This document shows positions 1 to 8,721 of a stretch of DNA of 64,000 bases, in pieces. This DNA is from Gaiellaceae bacterium. GTDB lineage: Bacteria > Actinomycetota > Thermoleophilia > Gaiellales > Gaiellaceae. The stretch is from contig CBDCXJ010000011.1 in NCBI GenBank assembly GCA_965223695.1, positions 6,824 to 70,823 of the forward strand, written 5' to 3'. The notes beneath the pieces are model-generated. The model worked only from the letters and a program-made list of their open reading frames with translations. It was not told where the DNA came from and did not search any database. The stretch's first letter is position 1, and each line of letters starts with the position of its first letter. A program made the translations under genes and the position numbers.

Positions 1-2
1 TC

Positions 3-224
3 TGCGAGTCGGGCGACTTCATCGCGAGAGGACGCGAGGGGCCGCTCCCCGAGCAAGGCGACCTCGTCGCCGTCGGCTTCGCGGGCGCCTACGCCCGCGT
101 CATGGCCTCGCAGTACAACGCGCGGCCGACGGTGCCCGAGGTACTCGTCGAGCAAGGCGACTGGCGTGTCGTGCGCGACCGCGGTGTGATCGACGATCTA
201 CTAGACGGCGAACGGGCGAGCTAG
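3..224 (+). CDS. C-terminal fragment of an Orn/DAP/Arg decarboxylase family protein, likely diaminopimelate decarboxylase; the 5' end lies outside the window
   Basis: Own translation gives CESGDFIARG...VAVGFAGAYARVMASQYNARP...VIDDLLDGERAS*. The CESGD and AGAY/YNxRP motifs are typical of the C-terminus of PLP fold-III decarboxylases. It is not in the ORF track because it has no start inside the window. Confidence 0.55.
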   Translation, partial: CESGDFIARGREGPLPEQGDLVAVGFAGAYARVMASQYNARPTVPEVLVEQGDWRVVRDRGVIDDLLDGERAS

Positions 225-922
225 CTGTCGTCAGTGCGGCCGCGCAGGAAGATGTGGTGGTACGTGAGCGCTGCGAGCACGCCGCCAATCGCGGGTGCGA
301 CGTAGTAGATCCAACCGTCGCTCCACGTCCAGGACAGAAGCTGCGGCCCGAACGCACGCTGCGGGTTCATCGCGGCGCCCGTGAGTGGCCCGCCGACGAG
401 GATGTCGACGGCGATCGTGAGCCCGATCGCGAAGCCGCCAACGAGCTTGAACGCGCCCTTGGGATCGACGGCCGTGGCGAAGACGACGAAGACGAGGAAG
501 AACGTCATGATGATCTCGAGCACGAAGCCCTCGCCGACGTTCGTATTCGGACCCAGCGCTGGTGCGCCGAGGTTGAGGCCGTCCGCCAGGCGGTCATCGA
601 AGACGACGCGCAAGCACGCCGCCGCTGCCGCGCCGGCAGAGAACTGCGCGATCCAGTACGCAATCGCCGTACCGCCGCTGATCCGCCGCGTGACAAGCAC
701 ACCGAGCGTCACGGCCGGGTTGAAGTGGGCACCCGAGACGTGGCCGAGTGCCGTCACGAAGATGCCGAGCACGAGCCCGTGGGCGATCGCGATCGCAAGC
801 AAGTCGACGGGGTCGCCGCCGAGGATGCCGCCGACCGTGACGACCGAACCACCGCCGATGAACGTGAGCGCAAACGAGCCGATGAACTCGGCGATCGATC
901 GCTGCTTGGTCGTGTACTCCAT
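221..922 (-). CDS. MIP family channel (aquaporin/glycerol facilitator-like)
   Basis: 233 aa, multi-TM. The first NPA box is HFNPAVTLG. The second box reads MNPQRAFGP, i.e. NPQ instead of NPA. Confidence 0.85.
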   Translation of the reverse strand: MEYTTKQRSIAEFIGSFALTFIGGGSVVTVGGILGGDPVDLLAIAIAHGLVLGIFVTALGHVSGAHFNPAVTLGVLVTRRISGGTAIAYWIAQFSAGAAAAACLRVVFDDRLADGLNLGAPALGPNTNVGEGFVLEIIMTFFLVFVVFATAVDPKGAFKLVGGFAIGLTIAVDILVGGPLTGAAMNPQRAFGPQLLSWTWSDGWIYYVAPAIGGVLAALTYHHIFLRGRTDDS

Positions 923-979
923 CGGCGGTGAAGGCCTAGCTTCGGCGACGGAGACTAACTCCCTGCCCCAGGAAGCTCA

Positions 980-997
980 ATAGGCCGTTTGGCCTAT
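980..997 (-). terminator. Hairpin downstream of trkH (ATAGGCC-N4-GGCCTAT)
   Basis: 7-bp perfect inverted repeat with a 4-nt loop, in the gap between the trkH stop and the MIP gene start. There is no clear U-tract. Confidence 0.3.
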
Positions 998-1049
998 CGA
1001 GGCACCGTGGGGAGAAGCCTGCGTTGGCGTCGCAACGCTGAGAGCGGCA

Positions 1050-2588
1050 CTAGTCGCGCCAGTAGGTGCGGGTGAGCAGTACGACCACTGGCAGGATCTC
1101 GAGCCGCCCTAGCCACATGAGCGCGATCAAGATCCCCTTCGACACGTCGCTGAACGGCGCGTACGAGCCGAGCGGGCCGGCGAAGCCAAACGCCGGGCCG
1201 ACGTTCCCCAGTGCGGCGGCCGCGGCGCCGATGGCCTCGAAGGCCTCAACGTCGATACTCCCCCGCCGGCCCTCGATCACGAGCCCGATCGAGCCGAGGG
1301 CGAGGATGACCACGTAGATGACGATGAAGCCGGCGACCGAGCGCAGCATGCGCTCGTCGACGGTGCTGCCAGAGAGCCTGATCGGGATCACGGCCTCGCG
1401 GTGCACGACCTGCTCGAGCTCGCGGCGCAGCAGCTTTCCCATCAGCAGGTGGCGGACGACCTTGATCGAGCCGCCCGTGGAGCCGGCCGAGGCGCCGATG
1501 AACATCAACGTGAGCAGCGTCAACGCGGCCAGCGAGCCCCAGGTCGTGTAGTCAGCACTCGCGAACCCCGCGGTCGTCATGATCGACGTCGCCTGGAAGA
1601 CGGCGTGGCGCACCGCCTCCTCGCCGCTCTCGAGACCGCTGCCAGCAAGCTCGGCGAAGAGCAGTGCCGACCCGATCAGCAACAGCACGAAGTAGAGCCG
1701 GATCTCCTGGTCACGCCCGACGATGCCGGGCCGGCGCTGCACGACGGCCTGGTAGAGGCGCAGGAAGTTGATGCCGGCCAGCGCGACGAAGGCGATCACC
1801 GCCCACTGCGTCGCTGCGCCGAACGCAGAGAGCGAGGCCGATGACGTCGAGAAGCCGCCGAGCGCAATGCTCGTGAACGCGTGCGCTGCGGCGTTGTAGA
1901 CGTCCATGGCCGGGTCGAGGCCCGTCCAGCCGATGATCGAGAGCACGAGTATCGCGAGCACCGTCAGCGCGACGTAGAGCACCCAGAGGCTCCGCGCGAC
2001 GTCGCGAATCGAGATCGTGACGCGCTCGAGCTCGGTCGGGCCAGCGAGCTCGTTGTGAAGCAGGTAGCGGCCGCCCACACGAAGGCGCGGCAGGATCGCG
2101 ATGGCGAGCACCAGGATTCCCATTCCCCCGATCCACTGCGTGAACTGGCGCCAGAGGGCAAACGACTTTGACAGCTCACCGAAGTCAGTGATGATCGTCG
2201 CGCCGGTTGCCGTGAAACCGGAGACCGACTCGAAGTAGGCGTCGAGCGGACGCGAGAGCGAGCCCTCGCCATCGAGGAAATACGGCAGCGCCCCGAAGGC
2301 CGGCAGCAAGAGCCAGAGCATCGCGACCACGAGAAACGCCTCGCGGATGCCGACCCGATCGCCGCCACGCGTGACGCTCTGCAGAACGAGACCCGCCCCG
2401 AGGGTGATGAAGCCGCTGACGAGGAAGGGCCAGTACGGGTCACCGACACCGATCGCCAGAAACAGCGGCATGAGGAAGGCGATCGAGAGGTACTTGACGA
2501 GCGTCCCGACGAGGTTGAGCGAGCCGAGGACGTCGACCCCGAGCCGGGGCGGGGCGATCGCCAGGCCCCTGGGCGTCCGTGGGCGCAT
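1050..2588 (-). CDS. trkH: Trk-type K+ uptake membrane subunit TrkH
   Basis: 512 aa polytopic protein with repeated selectivity-filter-like GFTATGATI and MTTAGFAS segments. It lies directly downstream of trkA. Confidence 0.9.
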   Translation of the reverse strand: MRPRTPRGLAIAPPRLGVDVLGSLNLVGTLVKYLSIAFLMPLFLAIGVGDPYWPFLVSGFITLGAGLVLQSVTRGGDRVGIREAFLVVAMLWLLLPAFGALPYFLDGEGSLSRPLDAYFESVSGFTATGATIITDFGELSKSFALWRQFTQWIGGMGILVLAIAILPRLRVGGRYLLHNELAGPTELERVTISIRDVARSLWVLYVALTVLAILVLSIIGWTGLDPAMDVYNAAAHAFTSIALGGFSTSSASLSAFGAATQWAVIAFVALAGINFLRLYQAVVQRRPGIVGRDQEIRLYFVLLLIGSALLFAELAGSGLESGEEAVRHAVFQATSIMTTAGFASADYTTWGSLAALTLLTLMFIGASAGSTGGSIKVVRHLLMGKLLRRELEQVVHREAVIPIRLSGSTVDERMLRSVAGFIVIYVVILALGSIGLVIEGRRGSIDVEAFEAIGAAAAALGNVGPAFGFAGPLGSYAPFSDVSKGILIALMWLGRLEILPVVVLLTRTYWRD

Positions 2589-2632
2589 CGGCTAGATGAT
2601 CAAGGCCGCGCCGGCCGGTGCGTCGGCCATCG

Positions 2633-3964
2633 CTAGAGCGCCTGCTCGACGGTGGCGACGCGGTCGGACTCGGTGAAGATGATCGCGCGGTCGCCCGGCA
2701 GCAGCATGTCACCACCGTGCGGGAAGATCGCCGCCCCGTCGCGGACGATCGCGCCGATCAGCGAATCGCTCATCGGCAGATCGCGGAAGGCCTTGCCGAC
2801 GAAGTCGCTGTCGTCGCGGACGGTGATGTCGAGCACCTCGTAGCGGTCGCCCTCGAGCATCGCGAGCTGGCGAATGCGCGGGTCGTGGGCGAAGCGAACG
2901 ATCTCCTCGGCGGTGACCGAGCGCGGGTTGATGGCGACGTCGATGCCGGCCGACTCGAGCACGCGCGTCGCGCCCGTGTTGTCAGCGACCGCAATCGTGA
3001 ACGTGACCCCGTGCAACCGGGCCATCGTCGCCGCGTAGAGGTTCTTCGCGTCGTCGTTCATCGCGAAGACGGCAGCGCGGGCCCGACCGATGCGCTCTCG
3101 CTCCATGAAGTCGGCGTCGATCCCGGTCGCGTGGAAGACCCGCACGTCGGGCAGCAGCTCAGCGACATGGCTGGCGCGGTCGTAGTTGCCTTCGACGACG
3201 CGCACGCGCACCTCCTGCTCGAGGAGGGTCTGCGCGATGGCGAGCCCGACGCGACCGGCGCCGTAGACGACGACATCGTCGACGTTGTCGCTCGAGCCAT
3301 CCGCCGCAAAGATCCGGCTCCATTGCTTTGCGGCATCGGGCGAGCCGATGACGACGATCCGGTCGCCGGGCGCGATCGCGTCCTCGCCCCGCGGCACCGT
3401 CAGCGTGTCGCCGCGGATGATTCCGGCGACCTTGCTGTCCTCCGGTATTCGCGCTGCGCGAAACGGCACACCGACGATTCCTCGTGTCGAGACTTCCTCC
3501 GGCACGTCGAACTCGACGATCTGGACGAGACCATCGGCGAAGACATCGGTCTGCCGCGCCGCCGGGACACCGATCAAGCGCGAGACCGCGTACGCCGTCT
3601 CGATCTCGGACGAGACCATGAAGTCGACGTCGATCTGACGCTCCTGCCAGGCCTCGAGATACTCGACGTTGGCGACCCGAACGATGGTGCGGGCCTGCGA
3701 CAGGTGGCGGCCGAACATCGAGGCGATGATGTTGATCTCGTCACGCGAGGTTCCCGCGATCACGAGGTCCGCGTCGGCGATACCGGCCGCTTGCAGGACG
3801 CGCCGGCTCGCTCCGTTGCCCTCGACGGTAGAGATATCGAGCCTGAACGAGAGCTCGCTTAGGCTGGCGCCATCGATATCGACGACGGTCAGGTCGTGCT
3901 CGTCGTAGAGGGCCTCGGCGATCGTGGCGCCGACCTGTCCCGCACCGATGACGAGGATCTTCAT
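2633..3964 (-). CDS. trkA: Trk system NAD-binding subunit TrkA (two RCK modules)
   Basis: 443 aa. N-terminus MKILVIGAGQVGATIAEAL, plus a second Rossmann motif VVVYGAGRVGLAIAQ. Confidence 0.9.
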   Translation of the reverse strand: MKILVIGAGQVGATIAEALYDEHDLTVVDIDGASLSELSFRLDISTVEGNGASRRVLQAAGIADADLVIAGTSRDEINIIASMFGRHLSQARTIVRVANVEYLEAWQERQIDVDFMVSSEIETAYAVSRLIGVPAARQTDVFADGLVQIVEFDVPEEVSTRGIVGVPFRAARIPEDSKVAGIIRGDTLTVPRGEDAIAPGDRIVVIGSPDAAKQWSRIFAADGSSDNVDDVVVYGAGRVGLAIAQTLLEQEVRVRVVEGNYDRASHVAELLPDVRVFHATGIDADFMERERIGRARAAVFAMNDDAKNLYAATMARLHGVTFTIAVADNTGATRVLESAGIDVAINPRSVTAEEIVRFAHDPRIRQLAMLEGDRYEVLDITVRDDSDFVGKAFRDLPMSDSLIGAIVRDGAAIFPHGGDMLLPGDRAIIFTESDRVATVEQAL

Positions 3965-4023
3965 GGCCTACAAGTCTTTCACAGCGATATCCATGTTCCC
4001 GAAGTCGCTGACCCTATAGTCGG

Positions 4024-4500
4024 GTGGTGGCGGAAGAACCTGAACTGCGCGACGCAATGCGCCGGTTTCCGGCCGGTGTGGCGGTACTGACGGTCGCGCT
4101 CGAGCGCCAGCCGCTAGGTCTCACGGTCGGCTCTGTCTCGTCACTCTCGCTCGATCCTCCGCTCGTGTCCGTGGCGGTCTCACGGCAGGCGGCGATGCAC
4201 GAGCTACTCGCCGACGCCGGCTCGTTCGCACTCAGCCTGCTGGCCGGCGACCAGGAGGGGCTCGCGCAGCATTTCGCGCGCGGAGTGCCTCCGATTGCGA
4301 TGTGGGAGGGAATCGACCTGCACCGTGAGCAGGGGCCGCCGCTACTGGACGGGGCGCGCGCGTGGATCGACTGCGCGCTCGTCGACGAGATTGCGCTCGG
4401 CGATCACTCGCTGTTCGTCGGCGGCGTGACGGCGGTCGAGCTCGGCCGCACGTCGGGCGGCGGGCTCGCCTACGTCGAGCAGGAGTACGTGGTTGTCTGA
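4024..4500 (+). CDS. Flavin reductase-like (FMN-binding split-barrel) protein
   Basis: 158 aa. The pattern MRRFPAGVAVLTV...GLTVGSVSSLSLDPPLVSV...GDHSLFVG is typical of HpaC/NtaB-type flavin reductase domains. Confidence 0.8.
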   Translation: MVAEEPELRDAMRRFPAGVAVLTVALERQPLGLTVGSVSSLSLDPPLVSVAVSRQAAMHELLADAGSFALSLLAGDQEGLAQHFARGVPPIAMWEGIDLHREQGPPLLDGARAWIDCALVDEIALGDHSLFVGGVTAVELGRTSGGGLAYVEQEYVVV

Positions 4501-5176
4501 ACCAGCCGGCGGGCCAGTACATGAGATCGAGGCCGTCATCTTCGACATGGACGGCGTCCTGATCGACTCGGAGCAGCTCTGGGACGAGGCCCGTGAGCGG
4601 TTGACTGCCGAGCGCGGCGGCCGCTGGCACGGGGGCGCACAGCGAGCGATGATGGGCATGAGCTCGACGGAGTGGTCGCAGTACATGCACGACGAGCTCG
4701 GCGTGGCCGATTCGCCGGAGGCGATCAGCACCGAGGTCGTGCGTCGGCTCGAGGAGCTCTATCGACGCCAGCTGCCGATCGTGGACGGTGCGGTCGCGGC
4801 AGTAGAAGGGGTGGCCGAGCGCTGGCCGCTCGCAGTCGCGTCGTCGTCGAACCGGCCGTTGATCGACCTCGTGCTCGAGCTGAGCGGCCTCGCGCCGAGA
4901 TTCGCCGCCACCGTGTCATCCGAGGAGGTCGCGCGTGGGAAGCCCGAGCCCGACGTGTACCTGGCCGCCGCCGCGGCACTCGGGATCGGACCGTCGGCGT
5001 GCGTGGCGATCGAGGACTCCTCGAACGGCTTGCGCGCCGCCGCCCGTGCCAGCATGCGCGCTGTCGCTATTCCCAACCATGCGTTTCCGCCGGCGGCAGA
5101 CGCACTCGACGGCGCCGCCGTGGTGCTAGCGTCGATCGGTGAGCTGACGCCCGCGCTGGTCGAGTCGCTGGGCTAG
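4493..5176 (+). CDS. HAD-superfamily hydrolase (beta-phosphoglucomutase-like subfamily)
   Basis: 227 aa. HAD motif I is VIFDMDGVLIDSE; the later motifs are ASSS...GKPEPD...EDSSNG. It overlaps the upstream gene by 8 nt. Confidence 0.8.
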   Translation: MSEPAGGPVHEIEAVIFDMDGVLIDSEQLWDEARERLTAERGGRWHGGAQRAMMGMSSTEWSQYMHDELGVADSPEAISTEVVRRLEELYRRQLPIVDGAVAAVEGVAERWPLAVASSSNRPLIDLVLELSGLAPRFAATVSSEEVARGKPEPDVYLAAAAALGIGPSACVAIEDSSNGLRAAARASMRAVAIPNHAFPPAADALDGAAVVLASIGELTPALVESLG

Positions 5177-6402
5177 TCGCTTCGGCCGAACAGAACGCAG
5201 CCGTTGTGGCCGCCGAGACCCATGGCGTTCGAGAGCGCGACGTCGAGCTCGACCTCGCGTGCCGTGTTGGGCACGTAGTCGAGGTCGCAGTCGGGGTCGG
5301 GCATCGCGTAATTGATCGTCGGCGGGAGCACGCCGTGGTGAATGGCGAGCGCGCAGACGATCGCCTCGACCGCGCCCGCGGCGCCGAACATGTGACCGGT
5401 CATCGACTTGGTCGATGAGACGGCCAGGTCGTCGGCGTGGTCGCCGAAGACCTCGCGGATTGCCTTCGTTTCGGCGACGTCACCGAGCGGAGTCGATGTG
5501 CCGTGCGCGTTGATGTAACCGACGCGCTCACGCTGGACGCCCGAGCTCTCGAGCGCGAGTCGCATCATCAGTGCGACTCCATCGCCCCCAGGCTCGGGAG
5601 CGGCCATGTGGTACGCGTCATTCGAGCTGCCCGCGCCGAGCACCTCGGCGAAGATCGTCGCGCCGCGCGCCCTGGCGGCGTCGAGCTCTTCGAGCATGAC
5701 GATGCCCGCGCCTTCGGCCATGACGAAGCCGGCGCGCGTGAGGTCGAATGGCCGGCTCGCCTTCGTAGGATCGGTCGCCTCCTCGGCGAGACCGCGCATC
5801 GCGCAGAAGCCGGCAAGGATCACCGGATGGATGCACGACTCGGTTCCCCCGGCGAGCATCACGTCGGCGTCGCCGCGCTTGATGATGTTGACCGCCTCGC
5901 TGATCGCGTGCGACCCCGTCGCGCACGCCGAGACCACCGCATAGTTGGGCCCGGTCATGCCGAGCGAGATCGCGAGCTGCCCGCTCGCCGAGTCGACGAG
6001 CATGTTGGGCAAGAACCACGGCGAGACCCGCGAGGGCCCGCGCTCGTTGAGCACCTCGGTCTGTTCCATCAGATCGTGGAAGCCACCGACGCACGATCCG
6101 AGCACGACACCGGCTCGCTCGGGCGCGTAGCCCTCGAGCCCGATCTCGCCGAGCGCCTCGGCGGCGGCCTTGCGGGCGAAGAGGATGAAGCGGTCGAAGC
6201 GCTTGGCTTCCTTCGCCGGGATCAGATCGCCGATATCGAAGTCCTCGACGGCGCCGGCGATCTGAACGGGATACTCGCTGGCGTCGAAGGTCTTGATGAA
6301 GTCCACGCCGCTGCGGCCCTCGAGGAGCCCATGCCACGTCTCAGCCATCGATTGACCGAGCGGCGTCACGGCGCCAACGCCTGTTACAACGACCTTGCGC
6401 AC
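5173..6402 (-). CDS. fabF: Beta-ketoacyl-ACP synthase II
   Basis: KAS fold with VRKVVVTGVGAVTPLG, active-site ACATG, HGTSTPLGD and GHNG motifs. I prefer the GTG start at 6402; the track's longest ORF starts at 6429. Confidence 0.9.
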   Translation of the reverse strand: MRKVVVTGVGAVTPLGQSMAETWHGLLEGRSGVDFIKTFDASEYPVQIAGAVEDFDIGDLIPAKEAKRFDRFILFARKAAAEALGEIGLEGYAPERAGVVLGSCVGGFHDLMEQTEVLNERGPSRVSPWFLPNMLVDSASGQLAISLGMTGPNYAVVSACATGSHAISEAVNIIKRGDADVMLAGGTESCIHPVILAGFCAMRGLAEEATDPTKASRPFDLTRAGFVMAEGAGIVMLEELDAARARGATIFAEVLGAGSSNDAYHMAAPEPGGDGVALMMRLALESSGVQRERVGYINAHGTSTPLGDVAETKAIREVFGDHADDLAVSSTKSMTGHMFGAAGAVEAIVCALAIHHGVLPPTINYAMPDPDCDLDYVPNTAREVELDVALSNAMGLGGHNGCVLFGRSD

Positions 6403-6446
6403 AGTCAGTAAATTAGACGGGCGACACACGCCCGAAGTTGCGATCG

Positions 6447-6452
6447 TACAAT
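6447..6452 (+). promoter_or_regulatory. Possible -10 element (TACAAT) placed so that the groES-like mRNA would be leaderless
   Basis: TACAAT lies 8 nt upstream of the ATG at 6461, in an AT-richer divergent intergenic region. There is no SD sequence and no convincing -35. Confidence 0.2.
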
Positions 6453-6460
6453 CTTATTCA

Positions 6461-6751
6461 ATGGAAGACACCACAATCATGCCTAGGCTCACGCTCGACC
6501 CGCTCGACGACTACGTGGTCGTGGAGCCGGTCGACGAAGAGGCCGAGACTCGAGCAGGGCTAATCATTCCCGCCAGCGCCGAGGCGTCGTCGCGCTCCGG
6601 AATCGTCACCGCAGTGGCGCCCGACGCCCACGGCGTCGAGCCCGGCGACAAGGTGCTTTTCCCCGCCAATGCTGGCTACGAGGTACGTCTGGCCGGGGTC
6701 GTAATGCGGGTGATCAGGCGTCGCGAGCTGATCGCGCGGATCCAGGACTGA
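6461..6751 (+). CDS. Co-chaperonin GroES (Cpn10) family protein, stand-alone
   Basis: LTLDPLDDYVVVEPVDEEAETRAGLIIPASAE...GIVTAVAP...EPGDKVLFPANAGYEV matches the GroES mobile-loop and beta-barrel pattern. No groEL follows. The start at the ATG 6461 is an alternative to the track start at 6395. Confidence 0.7.
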   Translation: MEDTTIMPRLTLDPLDDYVVVEPVDEEAETRAGLIIPASAEASSRSGIVTAVAPDAHGVEPGDKVLFPANAGYEVRLAGVVMRVIRRRELIARIQD

Positions 6752-7044
6752 CCGGTCTCACCGGCCGGCCGCTAGGCGCCGCCGGACGGCCGTGCGAGCG
6801 CGCGCGACACTCCTGCGACGGAACAGGGGAGCCCAAGATCCCCCTCCGGGGTGATGCCCAGAATCGCCAGATCACCGATGTTGTGTTTGCCGGCTTCTCT
6901 CCTCCCACACTCCACCGGCACCGACGAGGCCCGTCAGCTGTGAATCGTTTCCAGCTCGGCGGGCTCCGTCACGTTCTGGGGCCGTTTCTTGGCCCGAGAA
7001 CCCAGTCTTAACGCGCTTCGACCGGTTGTTACCATTCAGCGCAC

Positions 7045-7135
7045 GGAGAAGTGGCCGAGTGGCTGAAGGCGGCGCCCTGCTAAGGCGTTAGGTGGGGGAC
7101 TCCCTGCCTCGAGGGTTCGAATCCCTCCTTCTCCG
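7045..7135 (+). tRNA. tRNA-Ser (anticodon GCU), class II with a long variable arm
   Basis: Manual cloverleaf: acceptor GGAGAAG/CTTCTCC, anticodon loop CTGCTAA, T-arm GAGGG-TTCGAAT-CCCTC, discriminator G, no encoded CCA. Confidence 0.9.
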
Positions 7136-7177
7136 CTCACTCCCGAGCCGTAACCGCGCGGCCCGGGCGTGCAATCA

Positions 7178-7266
7178 GGAGGGGTGGCAGAGCGGTCGAA
7201 TGCGGCGGTCTCGAAAACCGTTAGGGGCGGTTTCGTCCCTCGAGAGTTCGAATCTCTCCTCCTCCG
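7178..7266 (+). tRNA. tRNA-Ser (anticodon CGA), class II
   Basis: Acceptor GGAGGGG/CTCCTCC (one G-U pair), anticodon loop CTCGAAA, T-arm GAGAG-TTCGAAT-CTCTC, long variable arm. Confidence 0.9.
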
Positions 7267-7279
7267 TGGTATATGGCGT

Positions 7280-7302
7280 TATCTCCCGCCTGGCGGGGGA
7301 TA
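7280..7302 (+). terminator. Strong hairpin right after the tRNA-Ser pair
   Basis: TATCTCCCGC-CTG-GCGGGGGATA forms a 10-bp stem (one G-U) with a 3-nt loop, 14 nt after the tRNA 3' end. It is followed by GCGCTGTGTTCGGGTTG, which is T-containing but not a clean U-tract. Confidence 0.4.
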
Positions 7303-7370
7303 GCGCTGTGTTCGGGTTGTCGGTGACGCGGTGGCGGTGAAACCGCTGGAGGCCGCCTGAGACCGCTGGA

Positions 7371-7481
7371 GTCCTCGGCGAGGTAGACGACATCTATCCG
7401 GCCTCGACCGAGCAACCGCTCGATCCGATACCCAGCAAGCTCGGATCCAATACGCGGGTCATCCGACACCGACTCGGTCAT
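7371..7481 (-). pseudogene. Remnant of the 5' end of a PknB-type Ser/Thr protein kinase gene
   Basis: MTESVSDDPRIGSELAGYRIERLLGRGRIDVVYLAED resembles the kinase N-terminus and Gly-rich loop (LGRGGMGVVYLAED) with the loop corrupted. After about 37 codons the frame becomes Pro/Arg nonsense and runs into the tRNA. Confidence 0.4.
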
Positions 7482-7636
7482 GGCGAGAGCGTACGAGCCC
7501 GCCTGTGCTTACGCGACGTGCCGGGTTGATACCGCCCCTGGCCAGATCGCCGGAACAGCGCGAGCGCGGTACGCGCCCGAGTGACGAAAAGTTCTAGTTC
7601 GCCGACCCCGGCGGTTCGTCCGAGTAGCTTCCAGCT

Positions 7637-7828
7637 ATGCGCTGGCCGAAGCGGCAGATGAGAGCGGAGCTTCAGTGGATGGATAGCGCAGACGTTCTCG
7701 ACCGTCAAACCTGGGTGCCCGAGACCGAGGACTTCGCGATCCAGATCGCCTGGGGCAAGGACTGGAACGAGATCGCGGGCAAGCTCAGCAGGCTCGGCCA
7801 CTGGGGACATGAGGATTACGACGCGTGA
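7637..7828 (+). CDS. Small hypothetical protein (63 aa, Trp- and acid-rich)
   Basis: Strong G/C third-position bias. Its TGA stop overlaps the GTG start of the downstream LLM gene (GTGA). Confidence 0.45.
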   Translation: MRWPKRQMRAELQWMDSADVLDRQTWVPETEDFAIQIAWGKDWNEIAGKLSRLGHWGHEDYDA

Positions 7829-8721
7829 CCTCGATGCTGAAGATCCGCGTTGCTGTCGCGTATGCGGACGCGCCCGCCGAGCGCGAGGGGTTCGTCGAGT
7901 TCGTCGACGGTCTCGAACAGCGCCGCTTCGACACCGTCTGGCTCTCGGACACGCCGCTGACGCCGGCGCTCGAGCCGCTAGCTGCGCTAGCGCTGGCCGC
8001 CGGGCGCACCGCCAGGCTCAAGCTCGGCACCAATGTGGTCGTGCCGGGTCACAACCCGCTCCTGCTCGCCAGATCGCTCGCCCACCTCGACCGCCTGTCG
8101 AGCGGACGGCTTCTGCTCGCATTCATGCCCGGCCTCGGGTTGGCAGCGGAGCGCGCTGCGCTGGGAGTCACCGGGGTCGATCGGCTGGGCCACATCGCAC
8201 GAACCATCGAGCTCTGTCGATCGTGGTGGTCCGGGGACGCAGTCAGCACGCAGATCGCGGGCTTCACGTACGACGCAATCACCATTGACCCGCCGCCTGT
8301 TCAGGATCCGCTGGAGATCTGGCTTGGCGGGAACGGGCCGAAGAGCCTGGAGCTCACGGGCACGCATGCCGACGGTTGGCTTGGCGCGCGCGTCTCGCCG
8401 GCTCAAGCCGGAGCGAACCGGCTCACGATCGAGGCGGCTGCCGCAGAGAGCGGACGGGCGATCGACGAAGACCACTTCGGCGTCAGCATCCCGTACAGCC
8501 GTACCGCGGTAGACGACGCCACGATCGCCGAGGTCATGGAGCGAACGGACGCGGCTCGCGCTGAGGTTTTTCCTTTCGGCGCGGGCGAGCTGCGTGAGCT
8601 CCTTCGCCGCCATATCGACGCGGGGATCACCAAGTTCGTGCTGCGGCCCATGTCGCTCGACGACGGCTGGGATGTCGAGCTCGACTTCCTCGCCGAGCAC
8701 GCCCTCGTGGTGCAGAACTAG
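7825..8721 (+). CDS. LLM-class (luciferase-like) flavin/F420-dependent oxidoreductase
   Basis: 298 aa. FVEFVDGLEQRRFDTVWLSD...LKLGTNVVVPGHNPLLLA...WLGGNGPKSLELTG is typical of the LLM family. Confidence 0.85.
   Translation: MTSMLKIRVAVAYADAPAEREGFVEFVDGLEQRRFDTVWLSDTPLTPALEPLAALALAAGRTARLKLGTNVVVPGHNPLLLARSLAHLDRLSSGRLLLAFMPGLGLAAERAALGVTGVDRLGHIARTIELCRSWWSGDAVSTQIAGFTYDAITIDPPPVQDPLEIWLGGNGPKSLELTGTHADGWLGARVSPAQAGANRLTIEAAAAESGRAIDEDHFGVSIPYSRTAVDDATIAEVMERTDAARAEVFPFGAGELRELLRRHIDAGITKFVLRPMSLDDGWDVELDFLAEHALVVQN

Noticed and set aside
2618-3862. Long antisense ORFs opposite well-supported genes. This 414-aa ORF lies opposite trkA. Other examples are 13464-14855, 26912-28252, 36994-38094, 40676-42526, 43522-45039, 45906-46982, 57548-58912 and 60943-62286.
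   Set aside because: Each lies opposite a gene with strong family signatures. All have extreme Arg/Pro/Asp-rich composition and no motifs. They are treated as GC-driven artefacts.
6752-7044. Possible small RNA (for example SRP/4.5S RNA, which I recall being near tRNA-Ser in some actinobacterial genomes) in the 290-bp gap before the tRNAs
   Set aside because: I could not find the conserved SRP domain-IV motif (GGAA...AGCA-type symmetric loop). I found only short generic hairpins and a weak TTAACG-N16-TACCAT promoter-like match upstream of the tRNA.
7045-7266. Possibility that one of the class-II tRNAs is tRNA-Sec, which would support the selenoprotein call
   Set aside because: The anticodon loops read GCU, CGA and (at 39905-39995) GGA, none of them UCA. 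The acceptor stems are the ordinary 7 bp. All three are tRNA-Ser.
7267-7830. Genomic island integrated at the tRNA-Ser locus
   Set aside because: There is no integrase, no direct repeat of the tRNA 3' end that I could find in the window, and no obvious compositional shift. Only the kinase remnant hints at past rearrangement.
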